A DNA stretch of 62,873 nt, filler included, from Craspedostauros australis (Eukaryota): NCBI GenBank assembly GCA_030167865.1. It is 7 parts of 7 records of this genome, joined end to end, with 100 filler letters (N's around TTAATTAATTAA, not from the genome) between each part and the next. Parts side by side here need not be neighbours in the genome. Positions count along the whole stretch, not along the records: positions 1 to 30,167 come from JALAGF010004457.1; positions 30,268 to 32,133 come from JALAGF010004458.1; positions 32,234 to 34,490 come from JALAGF010004459.1; positions 34,591 to 36,857 come from JALAGF010004460.1; 3 more parts are not named here. The stretch is one strand, 5' to 3'. The position numbers were made by a program, and so were the translations under genes. The notes under the pieces are model-generated. The model was not told where the DNA came from. It saw only the letters and a program-made list of their open reading frames with translations, and ran no database searches. Below, in pieces: positions 24,615 through 35,470 of the stretch (position 1 is its first letter; each line of letters begins with the position of its first letter).

Positions 24615-26743
24615 ATGGCACCAAAACTCCCGCCCTGTGATGCATCACGACATGATGGGATGGAATGAGATGAGATGGATGGGCCACTCCGTACTCGTAT
24701 CATACTCATAGAGGTGTGGTAGATCCACGTCCCTGTAATGTAATACACCTACGAATGGATTGTAATGTTCTATGATATGTAGGATTGGAACAGTACCGCA
24801 TACACTATATCTGCTTGTGCAATAGAACACTGTGACGAAGTCACCGGATGTTCCAAGAGATTGAAGGGCTGGATACTGCTCCCACGCTGCCTCCGCCCTG
24901 TCTACGACAACTCTGGTCCGCTCTCTGCGGTGCATACCCGCACAGGGATGTTGCCGATGTCATTCACAAGCAGATTGGACGTCCGTGGTTCCATGCACAC
25001 TCCGCCATCAGCATCCTTGTTGGTTCGTTGCTCAGACAATGGACACATGGCAGCACCATTGTCACAAGCCGTGCGGTCGTCGCGGTGCAGTCGTCACCCT
25101 GCCGCCGGATTCGCACCCAATGCAATCTACTCCAAGTCACACGCTGCCAAGCCGATTCAAAGCTACAGTGCCGATGCCAGCCAATCCAAGTTGCTGGAAG
25201 AGACGATCTACTACGAGCACATGGCGAACAAGGCAGAGGGAGATGGTGAGAAGCCGCGAGGAGCCTGGTTGCTGCGCGGTTCCATCGACCGTCCGGTATC
25301 ACGCTATCGTTTTCATCTTTCCCGGAGTTGCACTTCCGCCATTACGCCAAAACTGCAGTCGAGACCCTCACCAAGTCCCAGGAGGAGCGATCACTTGCTG
25401 TTGAAGCAACAAATGCCAGGGTCGCCATCCATTCCAATCTTCGAAGCGACCAGTGCCAGTGTGGCGGAAAGACAAGAACCGACGAGCTAGCGCAGTCCAA
25501 GCATCCAGAGAGCTTGGTGAGCAAAAGAAGAAACCAACGAACCAACGAGCAATCCCATGCAGAGTGCGAGTACTGTATTGCGGATCATGGTTGACACAGA
25601 GTTTCCATATGGCACAAGAAGCACGTGGTCAGCAATCCATGGCCCATGCGCGCACCGTACACCCACATATCCTCCTTTGTGGTGCTCCCAACTTCATTCG
25701 TGAGGCGGATGTTCCTGTCGATCACCTCCGTTGAGCATCGATGCTCTGGAAGTCACGAGCCAAGACGGCGGCGCTCATGCCTATTGATAGAATGCGCATG
25801 GTATCACATGTTGGTGGTCCGTGCGGCAGGAAGAGTGGAGGCGGCACGGTATCGCTCTGTCTGATGCTTGCTGAACGTGTCAACCCATCCTAATATGCAA
25901 TGTGGTGTTGGTTTGATGTTGAGGGCTCTTGTTGCCCGCGCGGATGGTGATGGTTGCAGTGTGGTGGGATGGTATCCAGTCAAATCCAAATGAGATGGGT
26001 CGCAACCAACACAGGCAATCAACAAAGGCAGTCACATTGGTGGCTTCATCGGTGGCTTCATCGGTGGCTTCATGGTTGTTCGAGGCATTGGCTCACACCT
26101 CAAGTTGGTGCTTGCGATGGCAGGCGGACGAGGGTCACTGGTCTTGCAGATGCCACGATGACGCAAGCAAGCGTGGGCCATGGTGCACATGGTGGTGGCG
26201 GCGGTGGTGGCGACGATGACAGCTNNNNNNNNNNNNNNNNNNNNNNNNNNNNNNNNNNNNNNNNNNNNNNNNNNNNNNNNNNNNNNNNNNNNNNNNNNNN
26301 NNNNNNNNNNNNNNNNNNNNNNNNNNNNNNNNNNNNNNNNNNNNNNNNNNNNNNNNNNNNNNNNNNNNNNNNNNNNGAACAGAAAGATCCAATCCGCGCG
26401 AACCAGACGCGTTTGATCAAGAGAAGGAGACAAACACAGGCAAACAGAAGGAGGAGACCATGCGAACAAGACAACAACACACACATCACTCAACACCATA
26501 CTCAACCGCGTGAACAACAGACATCGAACTGCCACTCATATTCATCACACAGCGTATGGTACTCATACTAATACTAATACAAGCTGTTGCATACACAAAC
26601 ATCGATATCTCTTCCATAGGCAGCTCCGACCACAGACATCCTCGACAGCCAATCCAACGTAAATCGTCCAACGTCCAACGCCCAACGTCTATCGTCCAAC
26701 GTCTATCGTCCAGCAACCATCGACCATCCACCATACTCTCAAA

Positions 26744-28393
26744 ATGCCGAGTGTTACGAACAAACAACTCATTGATGCTGCCAAGGCTGGTGACTTGTCA
26801 GTGTTGAAGGAATGGAAGAGGCAGAACAAGACGCAGAATGAAGGAGATGGTGTCAACTTCAAAACCGACGATGGTCGCACTCCCCTTCATCTGGCATGCT
26901 GCAACGGCCAGCTGGAGTGTGTCAAGTACCTCATCGAATCATGTGAGGCGGACACCAACTGCCAAAACAACAATGGTATCACTCCCCTTCATGGGGCATG
27001 CCACGAAGGCCACCTGGAGTGTGCCAAGTACCTCATCGAATCATGTGAGGCAGACATCAACTGCAAAAACAACCATGGTGACACTCCCCTTCATCTGGCA
27101 TGCTGGAACGGCCACCTGGAGTGTATGAAGTACCTCATCGAATCATGTGGGGCGACCATCAACTGCGAAGACGACAATGGTTGGACTCCCCTTCATTGGG
27201 CATGCTACAAAGGCCAGCTGGAGTGTGTCAAGTACCTCATCGAATCATGTGAGGCGGACATCAACTGCCAAAACAACAATGGTTCCACTCCCCTTCATGG
27301 GGCATGCCACGAAGGCCACCTGGAGTGTGTCAAGTACCTCATCGAATCATGTGAGGCAGACATCAACTGCAAAAACAACCATGGTATCACTCCCCTTCAT
27401 CTGGCATGCTACAATGGCCACCTGGAGTGTGTCAAGTACCTCATCGAATCATGTGGGGCGACCATCAACTGCGAAGACGACAATGGTTGGACTCCCCTTC
27501 ATTGGGCATGCTACGGAGGCCAGCTGGAGTGTGTCAAGTACCTCATCGAATCATGTGAGGCAAACGTCAACTGCCAAAACAATAGTGGTGACACTCCCCT
27601 TCATTGGGCATGCCGCAAAGGCCACCTGGAGTGTGTCAAGTACCTCATCGAATCATGTGAGGCAGACATCAACTGCAAAAACAACCATGGTATCACTCCC
27701 CTTCATGAGGCATGCTACAAAGGCCAGCTGGAGTGTGTGAAGTACCTCATCGAATCATGTGAGGCGAACGTCAACTGCCAAGACAGCGATGGTGACACTC
27801 CCCTTCATGAGGCATGCCGCAACGGCCACCTGGAGTGCGTGGAGTACCTCATCGAATCAGGTGGAGCGAACATCAACTGCCAAAACAACAATGGTATCAC
27901 TCCCCTTCATGAGGCATGCCACAAAGGCAAGCTGGAGTGTGTGAAGTATCTCATCGAATCATGTGAGGCGAACATCAACCGCAAAGACAACAATGGTCTC
28001 ACTCCCCTTCATCACGCATGCATGATTGGCCGGCTGGAGTGTGTGAAGTACCTCATCGAATCAGGTGGAGCGAACATCAACTGCCAAAACAACAGTGGTT
28101 CCACTCCCCTTCATGAGGCATGCCACAACGGCCAGCTGGAGTGTATCGAGTCCCTCATTAGAGGACTTTCGCCTTCAGTTCACCCACAACTGCAACAACG
28201 CTGGCAACAAAACGAGCAAGAGAATGAACAACCACAAGAACAGTTGGGACAGCAGTTGAAGCCGAAGGAACAACAAGAACAACAACAGTCGAGACACCAG
28301 TTGAAGCGGAAGAAGCAAGAGAATGAACACAAACACAGTAACCACAAGAGGACCAACGTCAGCATTGGAGAAGACCGCCTCAGATCTTTCTAA
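26744..28393 (+). CDS. Ankyrin-repeat protein B (thirteen 34-aa repeats + Q/E tail), paralog of A
   Basis: Thirteen TPLH repeats at exact 102-nt spacing (26879-28103). N-cap MPSVTNKQL.DAAKAGDLSVLKEWK is shared with A. Confidence 0.92.
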   Translation: MPSVTNKQLIDAAKAGDLSVLKEWKRQNKTQNEGDGVNFKTDDGRTPLHLACCNGQLECVKYLIESCEADTNCQNNNGITPLHGACHEGHLECAKYLIESCEADINCKNNHGDTPLHLACWNGHLECMKYLIESCGATINCEDDNGWTPLHWACYKGQLECVKYLIESCEADINCQNNNGSTPLHGACHEGHLECVKYLIESCEADINCKNNHGITPLHLACYNGHLECVKYLIESCGATINCEDDNGWTPLHWACYGGQLECVKYLIESCEANVNCQNNSGDTPLHWACRKGHLECVKYLIESCEADINCKNNHGITPLHEACYKGQLECVKYLIESCEANVNCQDSDGDTPLHEACRNGHLECVEYLIESGGANINCQNNNGITPLHEACHKGKLECVKYLIESCEANINRKDNNGLTPLHHACMIGRLECVKYLIESGGANINCQNNSGSTPLHEACHNGQLECIESLIRGLSPSVHPQLQQRWQQNEQENEQPQEQLGQQLKPKEQQEQQQSRHQLKRKKQENEHKHSNHKRTNVSIGEDRLRSF

Positions 28394-29164
28394 ACTGGGA
28401 ACAGGACAGACTCCATATTCTTGTGTGGACAAGGTGACGAACAGAAGCTAACCAAGGCAAGCTCTGAAGTTCTCATCATCACACTCCCATCCATTGAGAC
28501 ACTGATCGACAAAGGAACCCAACTTCACCACGCGAATGATGACGCTCACGATGGAACTGAACCCATCCAAACAACCATCCCTCTTCCCAATCTTCAATCA
28601 AAACACATCCGATACGTCCTCCAATACATCTACACAGGCCAGATATCCTTTCATGACAGCGTTCGTGACAACGCTGCTGCTCACACTGGCACTCATGTTG
28701 GCGCCAACGCTCACCACGATGTAGATGCCTCTCACCAGCCAACTCCCATCCTCACTGGGCAGGACGATCTGCAACAGCTGATCCTTGTGGCCAATGAGTT
28801 CGGTTTCTGGCGACTCAAGCTTGTTATGGAAATGGAGTTTGCCCGCAAGCATCTCAAAGAGGACACCATGATAGATGTGTTGATATTCGCCGATCAACAC
28901 AACTGTGTGGTGTCGAAGGATACAGCAATGAGAGTGGCAGCTGAAAGTGAGAAAGATATGTTCACTCATCTAGATTTAAGCAAACTGATTCTACAACCCC
29001 AACTGATGACGGAGAGCCAGATGTTTTGCAGTGGGGGAGCGGAGAGTGGGGGTATCGATGATGAGTACAGTCGTATGTCCATGGTGGAGCTGTACAAGGT
29101 TGCGGATGAGGATGAGGGCACAGTACTATGTGTGGGCAAGAGTGCTTTGTTGTGGTGCGCATAG
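28394..29164 (+). pseudogene. BTB/POZ tail of ankyrin gene B, in frame behind a single TAA, 3' truncated
   Basis: Same frame as 26744 (offset 1677 nt to 28421). TTC TAA here versus TTC CAA in copy A. Identity to copy A ends near 29123. Confidence 0.78.
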
Positions 29165-29710
29165 TTGCAACGGATGTGTACATATCTCCGAACGTCTGGC
29201 TCTGCAGGTCTTGGAAGAAGTCGGTGCGTCTGATCTCATGGGTGAACTCGTCAAGCAGATCTTGAGTCTCCGTTTCCAACAGCGCATGTGTCGCTGCTCG
29301 TAGTCTCGCTTGGTGAGGTGGTGATACATATGGAGTGAATTATTTGACTTGTACTGCGAAGTGATGATGGAGTGAGGGCAGAGTGTGGACGGAGAACTGA
29401 CCAGAGAGTGGTGGACGGTCTCTAAAAAAAAAGTTGCAGAAGACTTGGTTGTATAGTATTCTATTATATAATATGATGTCAAGATGGATGGAAGCAAACT
29501 GAGCAAATGAATTGAAGTTCTGCTCTGTTGTCTCCCTCCATGTAGCGCCTTGCTGTTGCAGACACTGACGTGAAGAATCAACGGATTCGCAATGCACTCC
29601 GCAACTGTGTGCTTGTGCGAGTATGGTAGCTCTCCGCCAACACAAAAGTGGAGTTCTTCCACGATGAGAGCACATTCATACTACTCCCCATATCCATGAG
29701 GAAATTTTCA

Positions 29711-29793
29711 TGTCTCAGGAGACAAAATCGGGCCTTTTCGTCTCCTGAGACAAGGCACCCGGATGTGGACCAAGAATGTTGTCTCAGGAGACA
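29711..29793. repeat. Three copies of the palindrome TGTCTC-NN-GAGACA (middle copy inverted, one mismatch); probable DNA-transposon terminal region
   Basis: Copies at 29711, 29739 and 29780, preceded by TA-CTCCCC near 29683. The transposon interpretation is inference. Confidence 0.6.
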
Positions 29794-30267
29794 AACTCAA
29801 AATTAGTGTGGTAAATTAACACGGAACCGAAAGACAGCAGACTCAATCGAGTAAAACCAAAAACAACAACACCCAAAACCTCAATTGTCTCCTGTGCTTG
29901 CATGACCAACAAGAGAAATACTGCGTACTTTTCCCGTGCTTTTTGACCATCAGCAGTGATATGTTGGCTTTGTTGCATATCTGACTAAACAACTCACTGC
30001 AGAGCATATGAATGACATAGATCTTGCATAATATGCATGGTGTTGTCTAGCTGTTGCTGTACTTGCTTGCTATGGGATCGAGAAGGCAAGAGTCAAGTAT
30101 CTTCGTCTCCAGTTCTGTTGTATCCGTTCATCTTGCAAACCGACCTCTCCAGTTGCTTGCTTTGTAGNNNNNNNNNNNNNNNNNNNNNNNNNNNNNNNNN
30201 NNNNNNNNNNNTTAATTAATTAANNNNNNNNNNNNNNNNNNNNNNNNNNNNNNNNNNNNNNNNNNNN

Positions 30268-32133
30268 AGGCGGTGGCGCCAAGAAGAACGGCAACCGCGG
30301 CAACGGCAACCGCAACAACGGCAACTTCAGCGCCGGAGGCTTCAACGGCAAATGCAAGTTCTGTGGCAAGACAGGCCACAAGATCCTGCAGTGCTTCAAG
30401 TTGAAAGCAGCGATGAAGGACGCAGACTCAGCCAATGTGGCTACTGACGGGATGGACGGCATGGACGACGTCGCGCTGGTCACCGTCGATGATGTGATGT
30501 TGTGTCACGAAATCGCAGAGGATGGAGGAATCGCGCGCAACATCGAAAATGTGAGCGAAACCAAAATTCTCACCAACCACGAAATCGCGACAACACGCAC
30601 CCACGACACGGAGAGCAACATCGAAAGCCTCATGGAGGACATGGCTCTCATGGTCGTCGACGGAGACTTGGGTGCAGGGTTCTACAACGGAACCAACAAC
30701 AACAACGACGAGGAATCGATCGAAGTGGTTGGGATTCGCAGCCCGAACGACTACGGTTACTACGGACCGCAAGTCGACGCGGAGCGCATGATGAGCGACA
30801 ACTTGTTCTCGTCTGATGATAGCGAAGCTGACGAAACCGAAAACAACGAGATCGCAATGCCCGGCATCGACCTCCGCGCGACGGCCTCAGCAAGGCGACC
30901 AGAGCCGATCTACAACGTGCGCCCCATCCGCTCCTACTTGGACGGATTGATCGAGACCGCGTCTCGACGTGACAACGACAACGCGTGGTGCCCACTGTGC
31001 CTGACCAAAGGGCCTTTGTTCTCGTGGTGTGTTGACTGCCCATTCTGCCCATTCTTGATCCTCATCCCAGGAGGACCGAAGGGAGACGTGCCTGTGACAC
31101 CAGCCGAGAAGCTCCAACGCCGCCAAATCCTTGGAAGCGACAGCCCTCCCTATGCGGTGAGATGCTCGCTGTCCAACGTGATGCCTGCGAATGATGTTCG
31201 TTCCGACCTCTCGCTCATCTGCTATGACGCGATGGAGGCATACCAAGGCATCGACGAAAACCGCATGGAAGTGCGGAGCGTGTACTTCATGCTGATGACC
31301 ATCGGCGTGATAGGCGCATACGACGTGGCGAGCAAGGCAATCGACATCAACGATTTGCTTGAGGAGAATCGTCTCCCGCCACTCCCGAAGAACCTGATCT
31401 CGCGTATGAGCGCCATGGCTGCGGATCGCCTGCTCTGGATTCATCATCCATCCGATAACGGCGTGCGCGACGGGCACATGTTCGACGAGTTGCCTATCTA
31501 CGGATACAACCATGCGCATGAGCTAGCCATGGTGATCAGCGACATGTACGACGCGGGCGAACACAAGAAGACCATCGCACCAGATCGCCACGAAGCAAAC
31601 ACCTGGCTTGGCGACTCGGGGGCATCCTGCCACCTCACTAACAGCGACGAGGGCATGACGAATGTGCGCCTCGCGAGCTTTGCAGTCAAGGTGGGAAGCG
31701 GACGCTACCTCAAAGCAACGAAGGTGGGCGACAAACGCATGAAGGTGATGCAGAAGGATGGCTCGGANNNNNNNNNNNNNNNNNNNNNNNNNNNNNNNNN
31801 NNNNNNNNNNNNNNNNNNNNNNNNNNNNNNNNNNNNNNNNNNNNNNNNNNNNNNNNNNNNNNNNNNNNNNNNNNNNNNNNNNNNNNNNNNNNNNNNNNNN
31901 NNNNNNNNNNNNNNNNNNNNNNNNNNNNNNNNNNNNNNNNNNNNNNNNNNNNNNGTGAACATGGTGGCGGTCCCAGCTGAACATGAGATGGCAAACATTG
32001 GTGTGTCCACCGGCAAGGCGGTCGACATCAATCAAATCCATAAAATGTCAGGCCACGTTGACACTTACACTATCTCGCGCACTGCTGCGCGATACGGATG
32101 GAATGTCATAGGACGAATGAATCCATGTGAGGA
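30268..32133 (+). mobile_element. Ty1/copia (CoDi-like) gag-pol fragment: Zn knuckle, long insert, aspartic protease, GAG-pre-integrase
   Basis: CKFCGKTGHKILQC (CX2CX4HX4C), WLGDSGASCHLT protease motif and IHKMSGH...PCE pre-integrase motif. Truncated by linkers on both sides. Confidence 0.9.
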
Positions 32134-32233
32134 NNNNNNNNNNNNNNNNNNNNNNNNNNNNNNNNNNNNNNNNNNNNTTAATTAATTAANNNNNNNNNNN
32201 NNNNNNNNNNNNNNNNNNNNNNNNNNNNNNNNN

Positions 32234-32920
32234 TTTGCCTTGTGGATCGGATCGTCCTTCCTTTACTATGGTGGTATCCTGTTGGTCGCCATGGAATTCT
32301 CGAACGCTCGCGAGACCCTTCAAAGCGGCAATGCGTCTGCCCTTGATGGCAGCGCTGACGATTCATATGGCTTTGACTACAACGCCATCTTCATCAGCGG
32401 ATCCGCTGAAGTCTTCGGGGTATTCGCTGCCATGTCCACCATCGACAAATTGGGAAGGGTGGCAACCCAGTCCTCAGCTTTCATCCTGGGCAGCATTGCG
32501 TGCGTGCTGTTGGCCGTCATGAGCGAATCCATGTCGAAGGCTGGGATGGTGACGCTGGCCTTCCTCGTGAGATTCTTCATGCTGGCCGGGAACTGCTCGA
32601 CCTGGGTGTTCACACCGGAGCTGCTACCGACGGATATCCGAGCGACAGGGACTAGCGCCGCCAATGCCGCTGGTCGCGTGGGTGCATCCGTCGTTCCGTA
32701 CTTCGTCACGCCGGGTATGGCGCCATCCAGCATCGGCATGGTCATGATGGGCATGAGCGTGTTCACATGCTTCGTGTGTGCACTGCTGCCGGAGACTAGT
32801 GGCAGAGCATTGGGCGAAGCCACGCATGGAGATGATCGCATGGTGAAGGATGGCAGGATTAAGGCTGGTGGGAAATCAGACGACGTGACCAAAGGAAGCG
32901 GCGGCAAAGGTGATCTGTGA
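32234..32920 (+). CDS. MFS transporter (SV2/organic-cation-like), C-terminal half, 5' truncated at a gap
   Basis: YYG, IDKLGRV, WVFTPELLPTDIRATG..A....GRVGA and LLPETSGRAL motifs. Confidence 0.9.
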   Translation, partial: FALWIGSSFLYYGGILLVAMEFSNARETLQSGNASALDGSADDSYGFDYNAIFISGSAEVFGVFAAMSTIDKLGRVATQSSAFILGSIACVLLAVMSESMSKAGMVTLAFLVRFFMLAGNCSTWVFTPELLPTDIRATGTSAANAAGRVGASVVPYFVTPGMAPSSIGMVMMGMSVFTCFVCALLPETSGRALGEATHGDDRMVKDGRIKAGGKSDDVTKGSGGKGDL

Positions 32921-34096
32921 ACCTGGATCATGGTCTTTATCGTTATTGTTATCAATATGCATAGTGGATGCCCCGAGGCGGTTCACAATCGTGGCAAATT
33001 AGCTCGCGTGATAGTTGGGAGCAGAGAGCACGGTCTTGTTCATGCTCGAATCTATGACTCTGATTGAACACGATGTCGCGCTATACAACACCCATCGGTT
33101 ATGGGCGTAGAAGAGTCTCATCTCTCTGGTCGTTGAGAGCAGATTAGAGTAGAGTAGAGTGATAGGTCTTGAAGCGCCAGCATCTGTGTTGAACTACTTG
33201 CATGAAGGTCGTGCGTTGATCATCGCGGTTAGAAGTTGGTACTGTATGAGCCCGATCAGTGAGTCGACCTGCACTTTGTCATGGGACTCAATAACATTTG
33301 TCTCCGATATCCAAACAAAGCACATATTCGTAATNNNNNNNNNNNNNNNNNNNNNNNNNNNNNNNNNGATTTTTAAGTTAGATCCTATTTTAAGTTTTAT
33401 GGACCCGTCAATGTGCGCATTTTTAGACTGCTTTAGGGACTCAGCCTTTTTCTTCCGACTACATCGATCCAATTTAACCCTTTGCTGTTCTTTGTTTCAG
33501 CAACTGTGTTCTGATTTTGAATTGTTTAGTCTCTTTTTCAGGTGTTCGGATGAGACCATCCAACAGTCCATCCACGATAGCACTAGTTGTAGAATCTTGG
33601 GGGAAGCGGTGAACCCGCGTTTACGTTACTTACACCATGTGCTTGTCCAATCCGTCATCGACGTCACGAAATTGGATACTTCGTCATGAAACACCAATGA
33701 TATCACGATGCGCAACATCATCAGGTCTGTTTCGTCGTGGCGAAGTGGTTGAGTGGGGTTGGTACTCCGCGAGTGTTTTGTGTTGTGCTCCTCTCGGACA
33801 GTCACTACAATTGCAGGTAAATCTCCACATCCCCCAACATGTGAGGCCGGTTGAGAGTGGCAAACTTGACACACCAACATGGAAGTGGAGCCACACCAAA
33901 AAAATACCACAATGGCCGTCCAATGGTATGCTTGGCGCCGCAACAACCATCCGGCCAATTCAAGATCCAAGAACATCGCCGTAATCTCCACGCAGCGTTT
34001 GGTGGGTGGACGAACGGAGGCGGGAAGGGGGGTTGATTTGGGGCCGTCGTAGGCCCCAGAAATACGATCACGATTTGGCTCCAAATCGGCTCGTTG

Positions 34097-34131
34097 GTTT
34101 TGACCTGTGTGTGCCACACACAGGTCAAAAC
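34097..34131. repeat. 35-bp palindrome with perfect 17-bp arms
   Basis: GTTTTGACCTGTGTGTG-C-CACACACAGGTCAAAAC. Confidence 0.9.
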
Positions 34132-34590
34132 AGCGCCTACGGATGGTCAAGACGCCTCAAGAGGGGCAAGAAGAAGGCACCCTCGAAGTTTGAGGCTCGC
34201 GGAGCACCGGGAAGGTGTCCGCGCGGAGGAAAAGGTGGTTCTGAGGAGTTTTGGTTGGGGCTCGCGCGGCATCGGTCGCGTGGCTTTGGCTGTGAGGGGC
34301 GATGGGAAGACGCCCCTCAATCGCCAAGCCACCCATACAAGATGAGTGCGACATCAATTGAAGATGCACGTCGTGAAGTATGCTCTGCTGAAGTTGTCTG
34401 GAAGAGGCTGCAGCCAACCATATCTGCAGAATGGTCATGTTCGGTTGGAGCAAAAAATGCACCACAACATCATCACATGGAGGTGTATCANNNNNNNNNN
34501 NNNNNNNNNNNNNNNNNNNNNNNNNNNNNNNNNNTTAATTAATTAANNNNNNNNNNNNNNNNNNNNNNNNNNNNNNNNNNNNNNNNNNNN

Positions 34591-35470
34591 TCCATGAGCA
34601 GTCCTCTGCACTCCTCCCTTTCCGCTTTGGTCCATGGGATCGCTCCTCTTGGACCGTCCGGAATCTGAATAGAGAATGGGATCCCTGGGTAGTCCATGCA
34701 CTATGCATTCAATGGTCCGTGCTTAAAGCGTAACAGACATCGCGCAGTGTTCATGTTGCAAGGCGACGCCTCATCGATCTTCCTGTCGAGGAAGCTCCGA
34801 ATTAGAGTGAGATAACATACCGGCTCTTGGGTGGCTCGGTCAGTCTCCTCGTCCACGTCCATTCCATTCATTTCCGTTTCGTTCTCGTCTGCGCCAACTT
34901 TACTTGATACGCCTTCATAGTACTTGGCATCCTCTTTGTTGTCGTTGCTGTTGCCGTCTTCCTCTTCATCCTCAGATGGAAAGAGTTCTTGGTCGATCAA
35001 CTCCTCGTGGTCGTTTGCAGACCCGTAGTAGCCATGCACTCCCGAAGTGTACTCGGCTGTCTCCTCCCTGGTCCACTCGTAGTTGTTGACTGGTGTTCTG
35101 CTGTTGAACTCGGAGATGCCGTCGTTGTCGAATGTTGCGAGAGCAACGTTGATCAAGATCGCGTGGTCGTCGCGCATCATCGCGTGGTTTCCTGTGGTCA
35201 CATTGTTGTTTTGTTGTTCGCGATTTCGGTGATGGCCACTAATTTCGCGTTGGTCATCGCGCATCATCGCGTGGTTTCGGATGGTCACATTTTTGATTTG
35301 CTGTTCGCGATGTCGGCGATGGTCACAAATTTCGCCTCGGTCACATTTTTGATGTCGACCGCGTTTTCGTTGATGGCTGCGCACATCGACTCGTCAATGA
35401 TGAGAGCGATGTCCTCCATCTTGTCAATCATGACGTTGGTCTACTCGGCCTCCTGCATTTCAGCCATTGT
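34591..35470 (-). mobile_element. Degenerate relative of the copia element at 30268 (post-knuckle insert region)
   Basis: EPVCYLTLIRSFLDRKIDEASPCNMNTARCLLRFKHGPLNA*CMDYPGIPFSIQIPDGPRGAIPWTKAE aligns to EPIYNVRPIRSYLDGLIETASRRDNDNAWCPLCLTKGPLFSWCVDCPFCPFLILIPGGPKGDVPVTPAE. GYYG and the MEDIAL/MDDVAL segment are also shared. Confidence 0.75.

Noticed and set aside
24848..26224. ORFs of 130-209 aa between the ankyrin copies
   Set aside because: No recognisable motifs; cannot be supported as genes.
26879..28160. Regular conserved blocks with variable gaps as a CRISPR array or DGR
   Set aside because: The period is exactly 34 codons inside an ankyrin ORF. There are no cas or RT genes and the variation is not adenine-specific.
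29711..29793. TGTCTC inverted repeats as auxin-response elements
   Set aside because: ARF factors are a streptophyte feature and the context looks like a transposon end.
30212..30223. TTAATTAATTAA as a biological motif or target-site duplication
   Set aside because: It is always centred in N runs of equal length, so it is an artificial linker.
33098..33108. GGTTATGGGCG as a copia half-tRNA primer-binding site
   Set aside because: Short match, not directly after an LTR-ending CA, and no gag follows.
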